Below are positions 1 through 9,707 of a DNA stretch of 64,000 nucleotides, piece after piece. The notes under the pieces are model-generated. The model searched no databases, was not told where the DNA came from, and saw only the letters and a list, made by a program, of their open reading frames with translations. Every line of letters begins with the position of its first letter. The first letter of the stretch is position 1. The translations under genes were made by a program, and so were the position numbers. The stretch is from a bacterium (GTDB taxonomy: Bacteria; J088; JAWLBW01): assembly GCA_041690355.1 (NCBI GenBank), contig JAWLHK010000005.1:124001-188000 (forward strand). Reading direction: 5' to 3'.

Positions 1-1
1 A

Positions 2-754
2 CTGTCCTATGCGGTCTTTCCGCTCGTCACCTGGGGGCTCGTGGCGGCGGCGGGCGATGCGCTGCCGCGCGACATGCGCCTCGGGTTTCTGGTGCTCGGC
101 ATCCTGCCCACCACCATCACGTCATGCGTCGTCTTCACGAACCTCGCGGGGGGCAATCTGGCCGCCGCGGTCTTCAACGCCGTGTTCGGCAACTTCGCGG
201 GCATCGTGCTGAGCCCGCTGCTGTTCGTGCTGTTCGTCGCGCGCTCGGCGGGAATCCACTTCGACCCGACGCAGCTCACGCGCCTGGTCGCCCTCATCGT
301 GATTCCGCTCATGGTGGGACTGCTGGCACGCACGCGGGTCACGGCGCCGCCGCCGCGGCTGATGCGCGCCCTGCCGTATATTTCGGCGACGGCCCTGCTC
401 ACGATCATCTTCTTCGCCGTGCATGACGCCTTCGCTCCCGCCAGCGCCGTCTGGGGGTGGTCGGCCGCCGAGCTCGCGCTGCCGCTGGGGCTTCTCGTCG
501 CCCTGAACGCGATCATGATGGGGCTCGCGTGGGGGCTCGGGCGCGCCTTCGGCTTCAACCTTGCCGACCGCAAGGCGGCGCTCTTCGTCGGCGTGCAGAA
601 GACGATCGCCATGGGTCTGCCCATGATCCATTTCTTCTTCGCCACGCAGCCCGACCTGATCGGCACAATGAGCCTGGCGCTGGTCGTCTACCACCCGATG
701 CAGCTGATCATTTCGGGCATGCTGGCGCCGCGCCTCGCGAAAATTGACGATTGA
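2..754 (+). CDS. Bile acid:sodium symporter family (SBF-like) membrane transporter, 5'-truncated
   Basis: Frame open from base 2; hydrophobic helices; family-like motifs LPTTITSCVVFT..AGGN and QKT..MGLPM. Confidence 0.8.
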   Translation: MSYAVFPLVTWGLVAAAGDALPRDMRLGFLVLGILPTTITSCVVFTNLAGGNLAAAVFNAVFGNFAGIVLSPLLFVLFVARSAGIHFDPTQLTRLVALIVIPLMVGLLARTRVTAPPPRLMRALPYISATALLTIIFFAVHDAFAPASAVWGWSAAELALPLGLLVALNAIMMGLAWGLGRAFGFNLADRKAALFVGVQKTIAMGLPMIHFFFATQPDLIGTMSLALVVYHPMQLIISGMLAPRLAKIDD

Positions 755-777
755 CGATTTACGATTGACAATTTACC
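743..777 (+). repeat. Degenerate 7-mer tandem array (ATTGACG type, 5 units)
   Basis: attgacg attgacg atttacg attgaca atttacc; overlaps the stop codon of the upstream gene. Confidence 0.85.
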
Positions 778-799
778 GTCAAGGGCGAGGACGCTACTT

Positions 800-839
800 C
801 CGTTCGCCCCGAGCTGACGGCGCGGCTCGACAGGAACGG
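800..839 (-). repeat. Hairpin element family A, internally deleted 40-bp mini-copy
   Basis: Reverse complement ccgttcctgtcgagccg-cgccgtcagctcggggcgaacgg is the left arm fused to the right arm of the full element. Confidence 0.8.
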
Positions 840-844
840 TCCTT

Positions 845-882
845 TGACGACTGAAGACTGAGAGACTGAGGACTGGAGACTG
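845..882 (+). repeat. Degenerate 7-mer tandem array (GACTGAA type)
   Basis: gactgaa gactgaga gactgag gactgga gactg. Confidence 0.8.
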
Positions 883-884
883 CC

Positions 885-1601
885 ATGCAACGAACCGCGC
901 TCGTAACCGGCGGCGCCGTGCGCGTCGGACGCGCCATCGCCGAAGCCCTGGCCGACGCCGGGTTCCACATCGCCATCCATGCGCACTCGAGCGATGACGC
1001 CGCGCGCGCCGTCGCCGCAAAGCTCGCTTCGGCTTCCGTGCATCTTGCGGACCTCACGGTGGATGGGGGCGGCGAGCGGCTCGCCGGCGAGGTGGCCGCC
1101 CTGCGCGGGCGCGTCGACGTGCTCGTGAACAGCGCGGCCGATTTCTTTCCCACGCCGCTCGGCGCGACGACGTATGCCCAGTGGGAGCGCCTGCACGCGC
1201 TCAATCTGCGCGCGCCGTACTTTCTCGCGCAGGCCGTGCGCCCGCACATGTCTCCCGGCGGTTGCATCGTGAACGTCGCCGACGTGGCCGCCGAGGCGCC
1301 ATGGCCGGGCTACGTCTCCTACGGCATCACCAAGGCGGGAATCGTGGCCATGACCCTCGGGCTCGCGCGCGAACTGGCGCCCGACATCCGCGTGAACGCC
1401 GTGTCGCCGGGACCGGTCCTCCTCCCCGAACGATACGATGCGGAACAGCGGCAGCGCAGTATCGACCGCACCCTGCTGGGGCGCGAGGGTACGCCCGAAG
1501 ACGTCGCGCGTGCCGTGCGGTTTCTGGTGGAAAACGAGTACGTGACCGGTGCGGTTCTCCCGGTCGACGGCGGACGCCGGCTGAAAGTCCCCGGCGAATA
1601 G
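885..1601 (+). CDS. Pteridine reductase-like short-chain dehydrogenase/reductase
   Basis: TGGAVRVG nucleotide-binding motif with the Arg typical of PTR1/FolM, YGITK catalytic motif, VNAVSPG, VDGG. Confidence 0.85.
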   Translation: MQRTALVTGGAVRVGRAIAEALADAGFHIAIHAHSSDDAARAVAAKLASASVHLADLTVDGGGERLAGEVAALRGRVDVLVNSAADFFPTPLGATTYAQWERLHALNLRAPYFLAQAVRPHMSPGGCIVNVADVAAEAPWPGYVSYGITKAGIVAMTLGLARELAPDIRVNAVSPGPVLLPERYDAEQRQRSIDRTLLGREGTPEDVARAVRFLVENEYVTGAVLPVDGGRRLKVPGE

Positions 1602-1612
1602 CGTCGCGGCAA

Positions 1613-3391
1613 TCAGTCCGGCGGAATTTGTCGGCGCGAGGTGTTCGACAGAACGATGAGGTTCGCCTCAATGCCGGCCCCCCGCCCCCCCCCTCCGGCA
1701 CCGGCCAGCGTTGAAAGCACGATGTCGCGCACGCCGCGGCCCTGCAGATCGCCCGACGCCATGGCCATCCACGGCTTGCCGTTCACCGCGGGCACGTTGC
1801 GCGGCGTGAAGGCGGCGGCCCCCGCTGCGCCGGTGTTCTCGAGCAGCACGAAGCTTTCGGCACGCACCGCCTTCGGATCGGGAAACAGTGCGATGGCCGC
1901 CAGATCGATGCGGCCGTCGCCCGTGAAGTCTTCGGCGAGCACCTGGCCCACGCCGTGCATCGGGTAGAAAAACGATTTCGCAAAGTGCCCCTTGCCGTCG
2001 TTCAGGTGCACGCGCACGCCGTGGTAACGGCGCAGCGCCACGGCCAGCACCAGATCGCCGTTGTCGCCGTTCGCGGTGATGACGTCGGGGGCTCCGTCGC
2101 CGTTGACGTCGGCCACCGCCAGACCGGTGTAGGCGAACGACGGCGGCTTCTGAAAGGCCATCTCTTCTCCGAAGGTTCCGTCGCCGGCGTTGCGGAAGAG
2201 CACCAGCCCTTCGCGGGCCTGCGACAGCAGCGCCGTGATGTCGGGCAGCCCGTCGCCGTCCATGTCGCCGACGTGCACCCCCACGGTGCCCGGCGCATCG
2301 ACCAGCCGCCGGTGGAGCGTCATGCGGCTCTTCGCGCGATCGTACCGGTACCAGTCGAGCGAGCCGAACAGGTGGCCGAATTCGTAGACGAGCGCATCCG
2401 ACGCTGCCCCTTCTCCTTTTTCCCCTTCTCCGCCGGAGCGGCCCGCGCCGAGGTCGGCCAGGTGAACCCGCAGCGGCCGGTAGAGATCGGTCAGCAGCGT
2501 CTTGACGCCGACGCCCCCGTCGTCGAACCAGTCGATCATCCGGAGAACCGAGCCGGAGAGGCGCGCTCCCTCGGGGGCCGATTCGCTGGCGATGGAATCG
2601 CCGATCAGCGTGACGAGCAGGTCGGCGCCGTCGCGCAGCAGGTGCATGGGGATGGCCGGCACCCGCTGGCGTCGCCGGATATGCCCGTCCGCGTCTGTCT
2701 CGAGAACGCTTCCGTCGAGCGCGCCGAGAAGGATCCGGCGGCCGTCGACGGCCACGGCGCTGAAGCCGGGGCCGCTTGCATCGAGGGGGACCGGGCGGAC
2801 CTCGAAGGGCGCCGCCGCCATCGTCTCGGGCTTGTTCTCCTGCGGATACGGGTGCAGCGGGGCGTGGTAGAGGTAGTACTGGAGAATGCGGAAGAACGCC
2901 TCGTTCGACACGGGCGCGTCCCAGGAACCGCCCCACATGTTGGCCCGGCCGAGCCGCGCGACCTGTTCGAACTCCCGGCGGTCGGCGTCATTGGGCTCGA
3001 AATCGAGCAGGCCCACCTGGGGAAAATAGCGGCGCTTCATGCGGAACACGTCGACCCAGGAGACCTTGTGGAAGAGGTCGGGGGCCGGCAGCAGGTGGCA
3101 GTTGCCGCAAAGTGTCTCGGCCAGGCGGCGCCCTTCTTCGGCCTCGTCCGGGTCGATGGCATCGAACGCAAGAGCGCGGCGATCGGGAAAGGCGAGCAGC
3201 AGGCCATCGAGCGCCTCTTTCCACTCGCCGTCGGCAAAGAGCCGCCGCTCGCCCCCCGGGAGCACATGCTCTTCGCGCACCGGCATCCGGCCGGCGCGGG
3301 CGATGAGCTTCACGCCGAACCAGACGCCGGCGGCCAGCGCCACAGTCAGAAGAAGCCCCCCCGCCAACCGGCGGCGCGTCGTGCGATTCAT
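1613..3391 (-). CDS. Exported FG-GAP/VCBS repeat protein with an N-terminal c-type heme motif
   Basis: N-terminal TM/signal, CGNCH (CxxCH), repeated DxDGDGxxD motifs. Confidence 0.8.
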   Translation of the reverse strand: MNRTTRRRLAGGLLLTVALAAGVWFGVKLIARAGRMPVREEHVLPGGERRLFADGEWKEALDGLLLAFPDRRALAFDAIDPDEAEEGRRLAETLCGNCHLLPAPDLFHKVSWVDVFRMKRRYFPQVGLLDFEPNDADRREFEQVARLGRANMWGGSWDAPVSNEAFFRILQYYLYHAPLHPYPQENKPETMAAAPFEVRPVPLDASGPGFSAVAVDGRRILLGALDGSVLETDADGHIRRRQRVPAIPMHLLRDGADLLVTLIGDSIASESAPEGARLSGSVLRMIDWFDDGGVGVKTLLTDLYRPLRVHLADLGAGRSGGEGEKGEGAASDALVYEFGHLFGSLDWYRYDRAKSRMTLHRRLVDAPGTVGVHVGDMDGDGLPDITALLSQAREGLVLFRNAGDGTFGEEMAFQKPPSFAYTGLAVADVNGDGAPDVITANGDNGDLVLAVALRRYHGVRVHLNDGKGHFAKSFFYPMHGVGQVLAEDFTGDGRIDLAAIALFPDPKAVRAESFVLLENTGAAGAAAFTPRNVPAVNGKPWMAMASGDLQGRGVRDIVLSTLAGAGGGGRGAGIEANLIVLSNTSRRQIPPD

Positions 3392-3407
3392 GCGTGTTCC
3401 CTCGCGC

Positions 3408-6083
3408 TCAGCCGTGCGCCTCGGCCCAGGTGAAGCCTTCGCCGATGTCGACGACGAGGGGCACCTTGAGGCTCATGACGTGCTCCATGCGGTCGCGCAC
3501 GGTCTCGCGCACGGCGTCGGCCTCGTCGGCGGCGACCTCGAAGAGCAGTTCGTCGTGCACCTGGAGCAGCATGCGGCTCTGCCACCCCTTCTCGCTGAAG
3601 ATTTCGTCGATGCGCAGCATGGCCACCTTGATGAGGTCGGCGGCGGAGCCCTGAATGGGCGTGTTGATGGCGGTGCGCTCGGCGAACTGGCGGATCTGGT
3701 GGTTCTTGTTGTGGATGTCGGGGAGCATGCGGCGCCGCCCGAAGAGGGTCGTCACGTAGCCCTGCTTGCGCGCCAGCTCGGGCATCAGCTGCAGATACTT
3801 CTTTACCCCCTGGTAGCGCTCGAAGTAGCGGTTGATGATCCCCTGGGCTTCTTCCTGCCCGATGTTCAAGGCCGCCGACAGCCCGTAGGCGGTCTGACCG
3901 TAGGCGATGCCGAAATTGACCGCCTTGGCCTTGCGCCGCATGGCGTCGTCGACCTGCTCGGGTTCGACGCCGAACACCTCGGCGGCCGTGCGGCGGTGCA
4001 CGTCTTCGTTCTGCGCGAAGCTCTCCTGCAGAATCGCGTCGTCGGCGATGTGCGCGAGCAGGCGCAGCTCGACCTGGCTGTAGTCGAAGCTCATGAGGCG
4101 CATGCCGGGCGCCGCCGTGAAGGCGCGCCGGATCTTACGCCCCTCTTCGTCGCGGATGGGGATGTTCTGAAGATTCGGGTCTGAGCTCGACAGACGTCCG
4201 GTGGCGGCCACGAGCTGGTTAAAGCGCGTGTGGATGCGCCCGTCGGGCTCGATGAGCGTCTGCAGGGCATCCACGTAGGTCCCCTTGAGCTTGGCCAACG
4301 AGCGGTAGTGCAGGATCAGCCGCGGAAGCGGGTACTCGAGCGCCAGCTTCTCGAGCACCTCACTGTCGGTGGAGTACTGGCCGGTCTTCGTCTTGCGGAT
4401 TCCCTTCGTCGAGTAGCCGAGCTTCTCGAACATGATCTCGCCGAGCTGGCGCGGCGAGTTCGGGTTGAACTCGGGCCCCGCGATGGCGCGGATCTCCGCT
4501 TCGACGGCGGCGATGGCCGTGGCCAGTTCTTCGCCCTGACGCACGAGCTGGTCGCGATCGACGCAGATGCCGGCGTGCTCCATGCGCGCGAGCACCGCCG
4601 TCAACGGCCGCTCGATGCGCAGGTAGAGATCCATCAGGTGCTCGCGGATCAGGATCGGCTCGATCTCGTGCAGCACGGCCAGCGCGGCCTGAGCGCGCGC
4701 GGCGGCGAGCGGCGCGAGCTCTTCGGGAGGAACGTCGGCGAACTTCCGTGCAGCGCGCCCCTGCCCGCACACCGACTCCCAGCCCGACAGCTTGCGGCCC
4801 AGATAGACGTCGCAGAGCTTCTCGAGCGCGTGCGCGGGGAGCGAGGGGTTGACCAGGTAGCTCATGATGCCGACGTCGTCGATGGCGGGGAGCGCTCCGT
4901 CGCCGACCGTCGCGAGCAGCCCGAGCAGAATGCCCTTGGCGTCGGTGCTCACCAGGCGCACATCGGTGCGCGCCAGGAGGGTGTGGAGCGCCTCGGCCGC
5001 GTCCTTCCACTCGGCCCCGAGGGGCATCACGAGCGCTTCGCCGTCGGCCGGGGCGGCCACGAGCGCGGCCGGCCGCCGGAAGCGGGCGTCTTCGGGCTCG
5101 GCCACGAGCTCTACCGACCAGACGGAACCGGGGGCCGCCGCCTGCAGCGCCGCGCGCAGCTCTCCGGCAGCACGCACGATGCGGTGGGGTACGGCGACGG
5201 CATCCATGCGCGGCGCCGCCTCTTCGCCTTCGGCGAGGGCGAACTCGGTCGACAACTTCTTCATCTCGAGTTCGTTGAACAGCTCCGAGAGCAGGTGCCG
5301 ATCGGGCTCCTGCATACCCAGCTCTTCGAGCCGGACCGGCAGCTCGCAGTCTTCCTTGAGCTGCACGAGGCGGCGTGAAAGGCGGGCGGCATCCTGGTGC
5401 GTCTCGACCTTCTCGCGCATCTTGCCCTTGAGCGCGCCGGTGGATTTGAGCAGGTTCTCGAGGGAGCCGAACTCGGTGATCAGCTTGACGGCGGTCTTCT
5501 CGCCGATGCCGGGAATGCCGGGCACGTTGTCGACCGCGTCGCCCATGAGCGCGAGCACATCGCCGAGCTTCTCGGGGGGCACCCCCCATTTCTCGACGAC
5601 GCCGTCGCGATCGTAATACTTGTCTTTCATGGTGTCGAGCTGAAAGACGCTGCCGCCGACGAGCTGCATGAGGTCTTTGTCGCTGCTGACAATCACGACC
5701 TTCCACCCGGCATCACGCGCCGTGCAGGCCAGCGACGCGATGACGTCGTCGGCTTCGAAGCCCTCGAGCTCGAACTGGGGGATGCGGAAGCCGTCGAGCA
5801 TCCTGCGGACGACCGGGAACTGCACGGTGAGATCCGAGGGGGTCTCTTTGCGGGTACCCTTGTACTCGCTGAACATGGCGTCGCGAAAGGTCGGGGTCGA
5901 CGGGTCGTAGGCGGCGACGACGGCGTCGGGCTTGTGCTCGCGCAACAGCTTGAGCAGCATGTTCGCGACGCCGTGCACCGCGCTCGTGGGAAACCCGCGG
6001 GAGTTGGTCAGCGGCGGCAGAGCATGGTACGCGCGGAAGATGATGTTCGGCGTATCGATGAGATAGAGGGATTTCTGGGACAC
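3408..6083 (-). CDS. polA: DNA polymerase I
   Basis: 5'-3' exonuclease domain (LIDTPNIIFRAYHA, EADDVI), TGRLSSSDPNLQNIP, DYSQVELR, QVHDEL; GTG at 6083 chosen as start. Confidence 0.98.
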   Translation of the reverse strand: MSQKSLYLIDTPNIIFRAYHALPPLTNSRGFPTSAVHGVANMLLKLLREHKPDAVVAAYDPSTPTFRDAMFSEYKGTRKETPSDLTVQFPVVRRMLDGFRIPQFELEGFEADDVIASLACTARDAGWKVVIVSSDKDLMQLVGGSVFQLDTMKDKYYDRDGVVEKWGVPPEKLGDVLALMGDAVDNVPGIPGIGEKTAVKLITEFGSLENLLKSTGALKGKMREKVETHQDAARLSRRLVQLKEDCELPVRLEELGMQEPDRHLLSELFNELEMKKLSTEFALAEGEEAAPRMDAVAVPHRIVRAAGELRAALQAAAPGSVWSVELVAEPEDARFRRPAALVAAPADGEALVMPLGAEWKDAAEALHTLLARTDVRLVSTDAKGILLGLLATVGDGALPAIDDVGIMSYLVNPSLPAHALEKLCDVYLGRKLSGWESVCGQGRAARKFADVPPEELAPLAAARAQAALAVLHEIEPILIREHLMDLYLRIERPLTAVLARMEHAGICVDRDQLVRQGEELATAIAAVEAEIRAIAGPEFNPNSPRQLGEIMFEKLGYSTKGIRKTKTGQYSTDSEVLEKLALEYPLPRLILHYRSLAKLKGTYVDALQTLIEPDGRIHTRFNQLVAATGRLSSSDPNLQNIPIRDEEGRKIRRAFTAAPGMRLMSFDYSQVELRLLAHIADDAILQESFAQNEDVHRRTAAEVFGVEPEQVDDAMRRKAKAVNFGIAYGQTAYGLSAALNIGQEEAQGIINRYFERYQGVKKYLQLMPELARKQGYVTTLFGRRRMLPDIHNKNHQIRQFAERTAINTPIQGSAADLIKVAMLRIDEIFSEKGWQSRMLLQVHDELLFEVAADEADAVRETVRDRMEHVMSLKVPLVVDIGEGFTWAEAHG

Positions 6084-6093
6084 GGAGCGTTTG

Positions 6094-6128
6094 GATTCCT
6101 GATTCTTAATTCTTAATTCCTGATTCCT
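6094..6128. repeat. Degenerate 7-mer tandem array (RATTCYT x5)
   Basis: gattcct gattctt aattctt aattcct gattcct immediately upstream of polA. Confidence 0.85.
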
Positions 6129-6272
6129 CAGACGCCCCCCCTGTCGTCCCCCGACGGGGGACCTGAAGCAGAGGGGATACATGAGGCTTCCCCGTATCCC
6201 TCCACCGATGGTCTGCCGAAGCAGCGCGAAGGAGAAAACGAGGGGGGGCCGGAACGGAAACCGGGCCGTGCG

Positions 6273-9032
6273 TCAGCGCACGATGACCTGCACGAGCCGC
6301 TCGGGAACCAGGTACTCGCGGGCGACGCGGCGAACGTCTTCGGGCGTGACCGCGCGGATACGGTCCGGATACTCGTCGAACGTGAAATTATACCCGAGGC
6401 CGTTCAGTTCGCCCCCCAGCATCGTTCCGGCGCGTCCGCGGCGGCTCTGCAGGTCGACAGCGAGATTGCCGATGAGAAAGTTCTTCGCCTCCTCGACTTC
6501 ACGGTCGGTTACGCCGCGCTCCTGCAGTAACACGATCTGCTGCCGGATGCCCTCGTGGGCCTCGTCGAGCTTTTCGGGGGCGCTCGCAATATAGACGATG
6601 TAGCTGCCCGCCATCTGGCGCATGGGCAGGATGCTGGTGACGACATAGGCCAGGCTCTGCCGGTCGCGGAGCTGCACGAAGAGACGCCCCCCCATGCCGG
6701 CCATGACGGCGTTCATGACTTCGAAGGCGTAGCGGTCTTCACCCTTCACTCCCGGCGCCGGCCAGCCGTAGAAGATGTGGCTCTGGGCCTTCTGCTTACG
6801 CACCTCGCGCGCGATGGGCTCGCGGTGGTCGGGCAGGTTCACGGGGGGCACTTCAACGGTTCCCTGCGCGCGATGGGTGGCGAATTGCCGGGCATAGGCG
6901 TCGATGAACGCGTCGGGCTCGAAAGCGCCGACGACGGTGAGCGTCAGCAGGTCGGGACGCAGGATAGTGCCGGCGTAGGCGGCCAGGTCGGTGCGCTGCA
7001 GGCGGCTCACGACCTCCGGATCGCCGAGCGGCATGCGCCCGTAGCCGTTCTCGCCGAACATGGCCGGGAGAAACGAGAGCAGCCCGACGGTGAACAGATC
7101 GTCTTCGCGCTGGCGGAACTGTGCCTGGAGCAGCGTGCGCACCGTTTCGACCTCGGGCTCGGGAAAGGTCGGCCGCTGCAGGAGCTCGGCCAGCAGGGCC
7201 AGCCCCTCGTAGGGCTGCGCCTCGGACGAGCGCAGCCAGGTCATGTTGAAGGTCGTGGCGTCAGAGCCGGGCGACATTCCGTACCGGCCGTTGATGGCCT
7301 GCAGCCGATCGGAGATCTCCTCGCGGCTCAGGTTCTCGGTGCCCCGGGCGAGCACCGCGGCCATGAAGTTCGTGATGCCCGCCTGCGCCGCGGGTTCGGC
7401 GCGCAGCCCGCCGGCAAAGCCGCCGGATACGGCGAGAATGGGGAGCGCCGCATCGGGGCGCAGGATCAGGCGCGTGCCGTTGTCGAAGGCGACCACGGTC
7501 GTGTCCCCCTCCTGCCGGCGATCGGTGACCTGCAGGGGGCGCGGGGCGCCGGGGGCCTCGAGCGGGCGCCGCACGGTCGCCTTGCCGGCCTCGAGCGTCG
7601 CCTTGCGCTGCTGCGCCGCGTCCCACTCTTCGCGTACGATGCGGGCCAGGGCGCCGGTGTCGGCCTCGGGGGCGCCGGGGTTGCGCACGACGCCCACCGA
7701 CAGGTATTCGGGGCGGATGTAACGGGCCGCCGCCGCCGCCACATCTTCGGGCGTCAGCGCCTGGATGCGCGCGAGATAGCGCGCGCCGAAGTCCAGATCG
7801 CCGGCGATCATGTGGAACCAGCCGAGCTGGCCGGCCATGTCCTGGGTCTTCTCGAGGTTGTAGATGAAGGAGCCGGTCACGTTTGTCTTGGCCAGTTCGA
7901 GACGCTCGGGCGGAACGAAGCCGTTCGCGACGTCGAAGATCACGGCCAGCGTGTTGCGCAGCACGGCTTCGCGTTGTTCGGGCTCGTAGTTGGCGCCGGC
8001 CATGAACATGCCGTCCTGCAACGGCGTCCACGAGTACGAGAACACCGAGCTGGCGATGCGCAGCTCGTTGACGAGGCGCTCGTTCAGCAGCGCCGTGCTG
8101 CTGCCGCTCAGGATGTCGGAGAGCACGTCCATGATCCAGGCGTCTTCTTCGCGCACGGAGGGGATCTGGAAGGCCATGGCCATGCGTTCGCGCTCGAAGG
8201 GGCGCGTCGTGGCCGTGGCCGCCAGCGCGCTGCGGCGCACCGCCGCCGGGCGCTCGGGCTTCAGTTCGGGGTTGTCGCGGAAGCCGCCGAACAGCTCGGC
8301 GATGGCCGCGCGCGCTTCGGCGACGTCGAAATCGCCAGTGACGACGACGGCCATGTTGTTGGCGACGTACCACTTGTGAAAGAAGTCGAGTATCTGCGGC
8401 CGGGTGAGCGAGCGCACGGTCTCGATGCTGCCGATGACGGGGCGGCCGTACGGATGCGTGGGAAACACGCTGGCCGAGAGCAGCTCGTACATGGCGCGCT
8501 CGGGGTTGTCTTCGCCCCGCCGGATTTCTTCGACCACCACCTCGAGCTCCTTGCGCAGCTCTTCGGGATCGAACGTGCTGTTCTGCGTCGCGTCGGCCAG
8601 GATGTCGAGGGCCGTGCGGTAGTGCTCTGACGGGATCACGATGTGGTAGACGGTCTGATCGCTCGACGTATAGGCGTTGATATCGCCGCCGGCCGCGCTC
8701 ACCGTGCGGCCGATCTCACCGAGACCGCGTTTCTCCGTCCCCTTGAACAGCATATGTTCGAAGACGTGCGCGATGCCCGCCTCTTCGGGCTTTTCGTAGG
8801 CGCCGCCGACGCCGACCCAGACCTGGGTGGCCACGACGGGGGCCGAATCGTCGGGGAGCAGGATGATATCCATCCCGTTGTCGAGCGTGTAATGAATCGG
8901 CTCGGGAATGGGAGCCGCGGTCTGCGCCGCCGGTGCCGGGCCCCGCCGCTCGGGCCCTGTCGCACAGGCCGGGGCGACGACGGCAAGGGTGAGCAGCCAG
9001 AGGGGAACAACAGCACGAGTGCGCAACCGCAT
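6273..9032 (-). CDS. M16 family (pitrilysin-like) zinc peptidase, exported/lipoprotein
   Basis: Inverted zinc motif HVFEH, INAYTS, two-lobed M16 architecture; GGAGG RBS before ATG 9032; possible lipobox APAC. Confidence 0.92.
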   Translation of the reverse strand: MRLRTRAVVPLWLLTLAVVAPACATGPERRGPAPAAQTAAPIPEPIHYTLDNGMDIILLPDDSAPVVATQVWVGVGGAYEKPEEAGIAHVFEHMLFKGTEKRGLGEIGRTVSAAGGDINAYTSSDQTVYHIVIPSEHYRTALDILADATQNSTFDPEELRKELEVVVEEIRRGEDNPERAMYELLSASVFPTHPYGRPVIGSIETVRSLTRPQILDFFHKWYVANNMAVVVTGDFDVAEARAAIAELFGGFRDNPELKPERPAAVRRSALAATATTRPFERERMAMAFQIPSVREEDAWIMDVLSDILSGSSTALLNERLVNELRIASSVFSYSWTPLQDGMFMAGANYEPEQREAVLRNTLAVIFDVANGFVPPERLELAKTNVTGSFIYNLEKTQDMAGQLGWFHMIAGDLDFGARYLARIQALTPEDVAAAAARYIRPEYLSVGVVRNPGAPEADTGALARIVREEWDAAQQRKATLEAGKATVRRPLEAPGAPRPLQVTDRRQEGDTTVVAFDNGTRLILRPDAALPILAVSGGFAGGLRAEPAAQAGITNFMAAVLARGTENLSREEISDRLQAINGRYGMSPGSDATTFNMTWLRSSEAQPYEGLALLAELLQRPTFPEPEVETVRTLLQAQFRQREDDLFTVGLLSFLPAMFGENGYGRMPLGDPEVVSRLQRTDLAAYAGTILRPDLLTLTVVGAFEPDAFIDAYARQFATHRAQGTVEVPPVNLPDHREPIAREVRKQKAQSHIFYGWPAPGVKGEDRYAFEVMNAVMAGMGGRLFVQLRDRQSLAYVVTSILPMRQMAGSYIVYIASAPEKLDEAHEGIRQQIVLLQERGVTDREVEEAKNFLIGNLAVDLQSRRGRAGTMLGGELNGLGYNFTFDEYPDRIRAVTPEDVRRVAREYLVPERLVQVIVR

Positions 9033-9100
9033 GGGGAACCTCCGCAAAGGAAACCACCATTATACAGGCGCCGACACGCGATGGGCAGGTTTGGGGAATC

Positions 9101-9274
9101 TACAATTTACGATTGACGATTGACGATTGAGGCAAGTGACGAGTTACGAGTGCCCCCCTCCGTCACGGAATGGATTTGCAGCAAGCGTTCCCTCCGCTGG
9201 GGGCACTTCACACGTGGACCTCGGCAATTCCGGGGTTTTGTTTGCTCGGTGCTCAGTGCTTGGCGCTCGGCGCT
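9101..9274. repeat. Intergenic mosaic of 7-mer arrays (ACGATTG, GAGTKAC and GCTCRGY types)
   Basis: acaattt acgattg acgattg acgattg; aagtgac gagttac; gctcggt gctcagt gcttggc gctcggc at 9244-9271. Confidence 0.75.
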
Positions 9275-9300
9275 TTGCCCCGCCGGAGTCCGCCCTCCGA

Positions 9301-9699
9301 TCAGTAGCCCGATTCGAGCAGCCAGACCTTGCCGCGGTAGACCCAGCGCTCCTGGGTGGTGACCTTCTGGCGGGTCACGTCGGGAAGTTCGACCTGGAAG
9401 CGGACGACCGAGACGATGGCCGTCGTGGCCGGATCGGCATAGGCCGGCTCGCCGGGGCGGGGGTACTCGACGCGGTCGACACGGTACTCGTCGATGTCGA
9501 GCACCTCGATGCGATCCCGGTACTTGTCGAGAAATTCGCTGCGTTGTTCGGGAGCCACGTACAGAACGGCCTGCTCGACGCGCTTCCACCGCAGGTTGCG
9601 GTGAAACTCGCTCACCTGCGGCATCAGGGTGGTCGATTGGCTGCTCGCCGCGCAGCCGGTGGTGAGCAGGAGCCCGAGTAGAAATGCGCGCAGGATCAT
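9301..9699 (-). CDS. Small lipoprotein, possible NTF2/cystatin-like fold
   Basis: Lipobox LTTGC; C-terminal W-x-Y-x4-W hairpin pattern. Confidence 0.75.
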   Translation of the reverse strand: MILRAFLLGLLLTTGCAASSQSTTLMPQVSEFHRNLRWKRVEQAVLYVAPEQRSEFLDKYRDRIEVLDIDEYRVDRVEYPRPGEPAYADPATTAIVSVVRFQVELPDVTRQKVTTQERWVYRGKVWLLESGY

Positions 9700-9707
9700 G
9701 GCGGGAG

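Noticed and set aside
6084-6182. N-terminal extensions in the ORF track (polA, pyrG, pyrD, trxC, rplM, greA, carA, pyrC, pyrR, recQ, spt-like)
   Set aside because: The extensions cross promoters, repeats or neighbouring genes; downstream starts match family N-termini and RBS or promoter positions.
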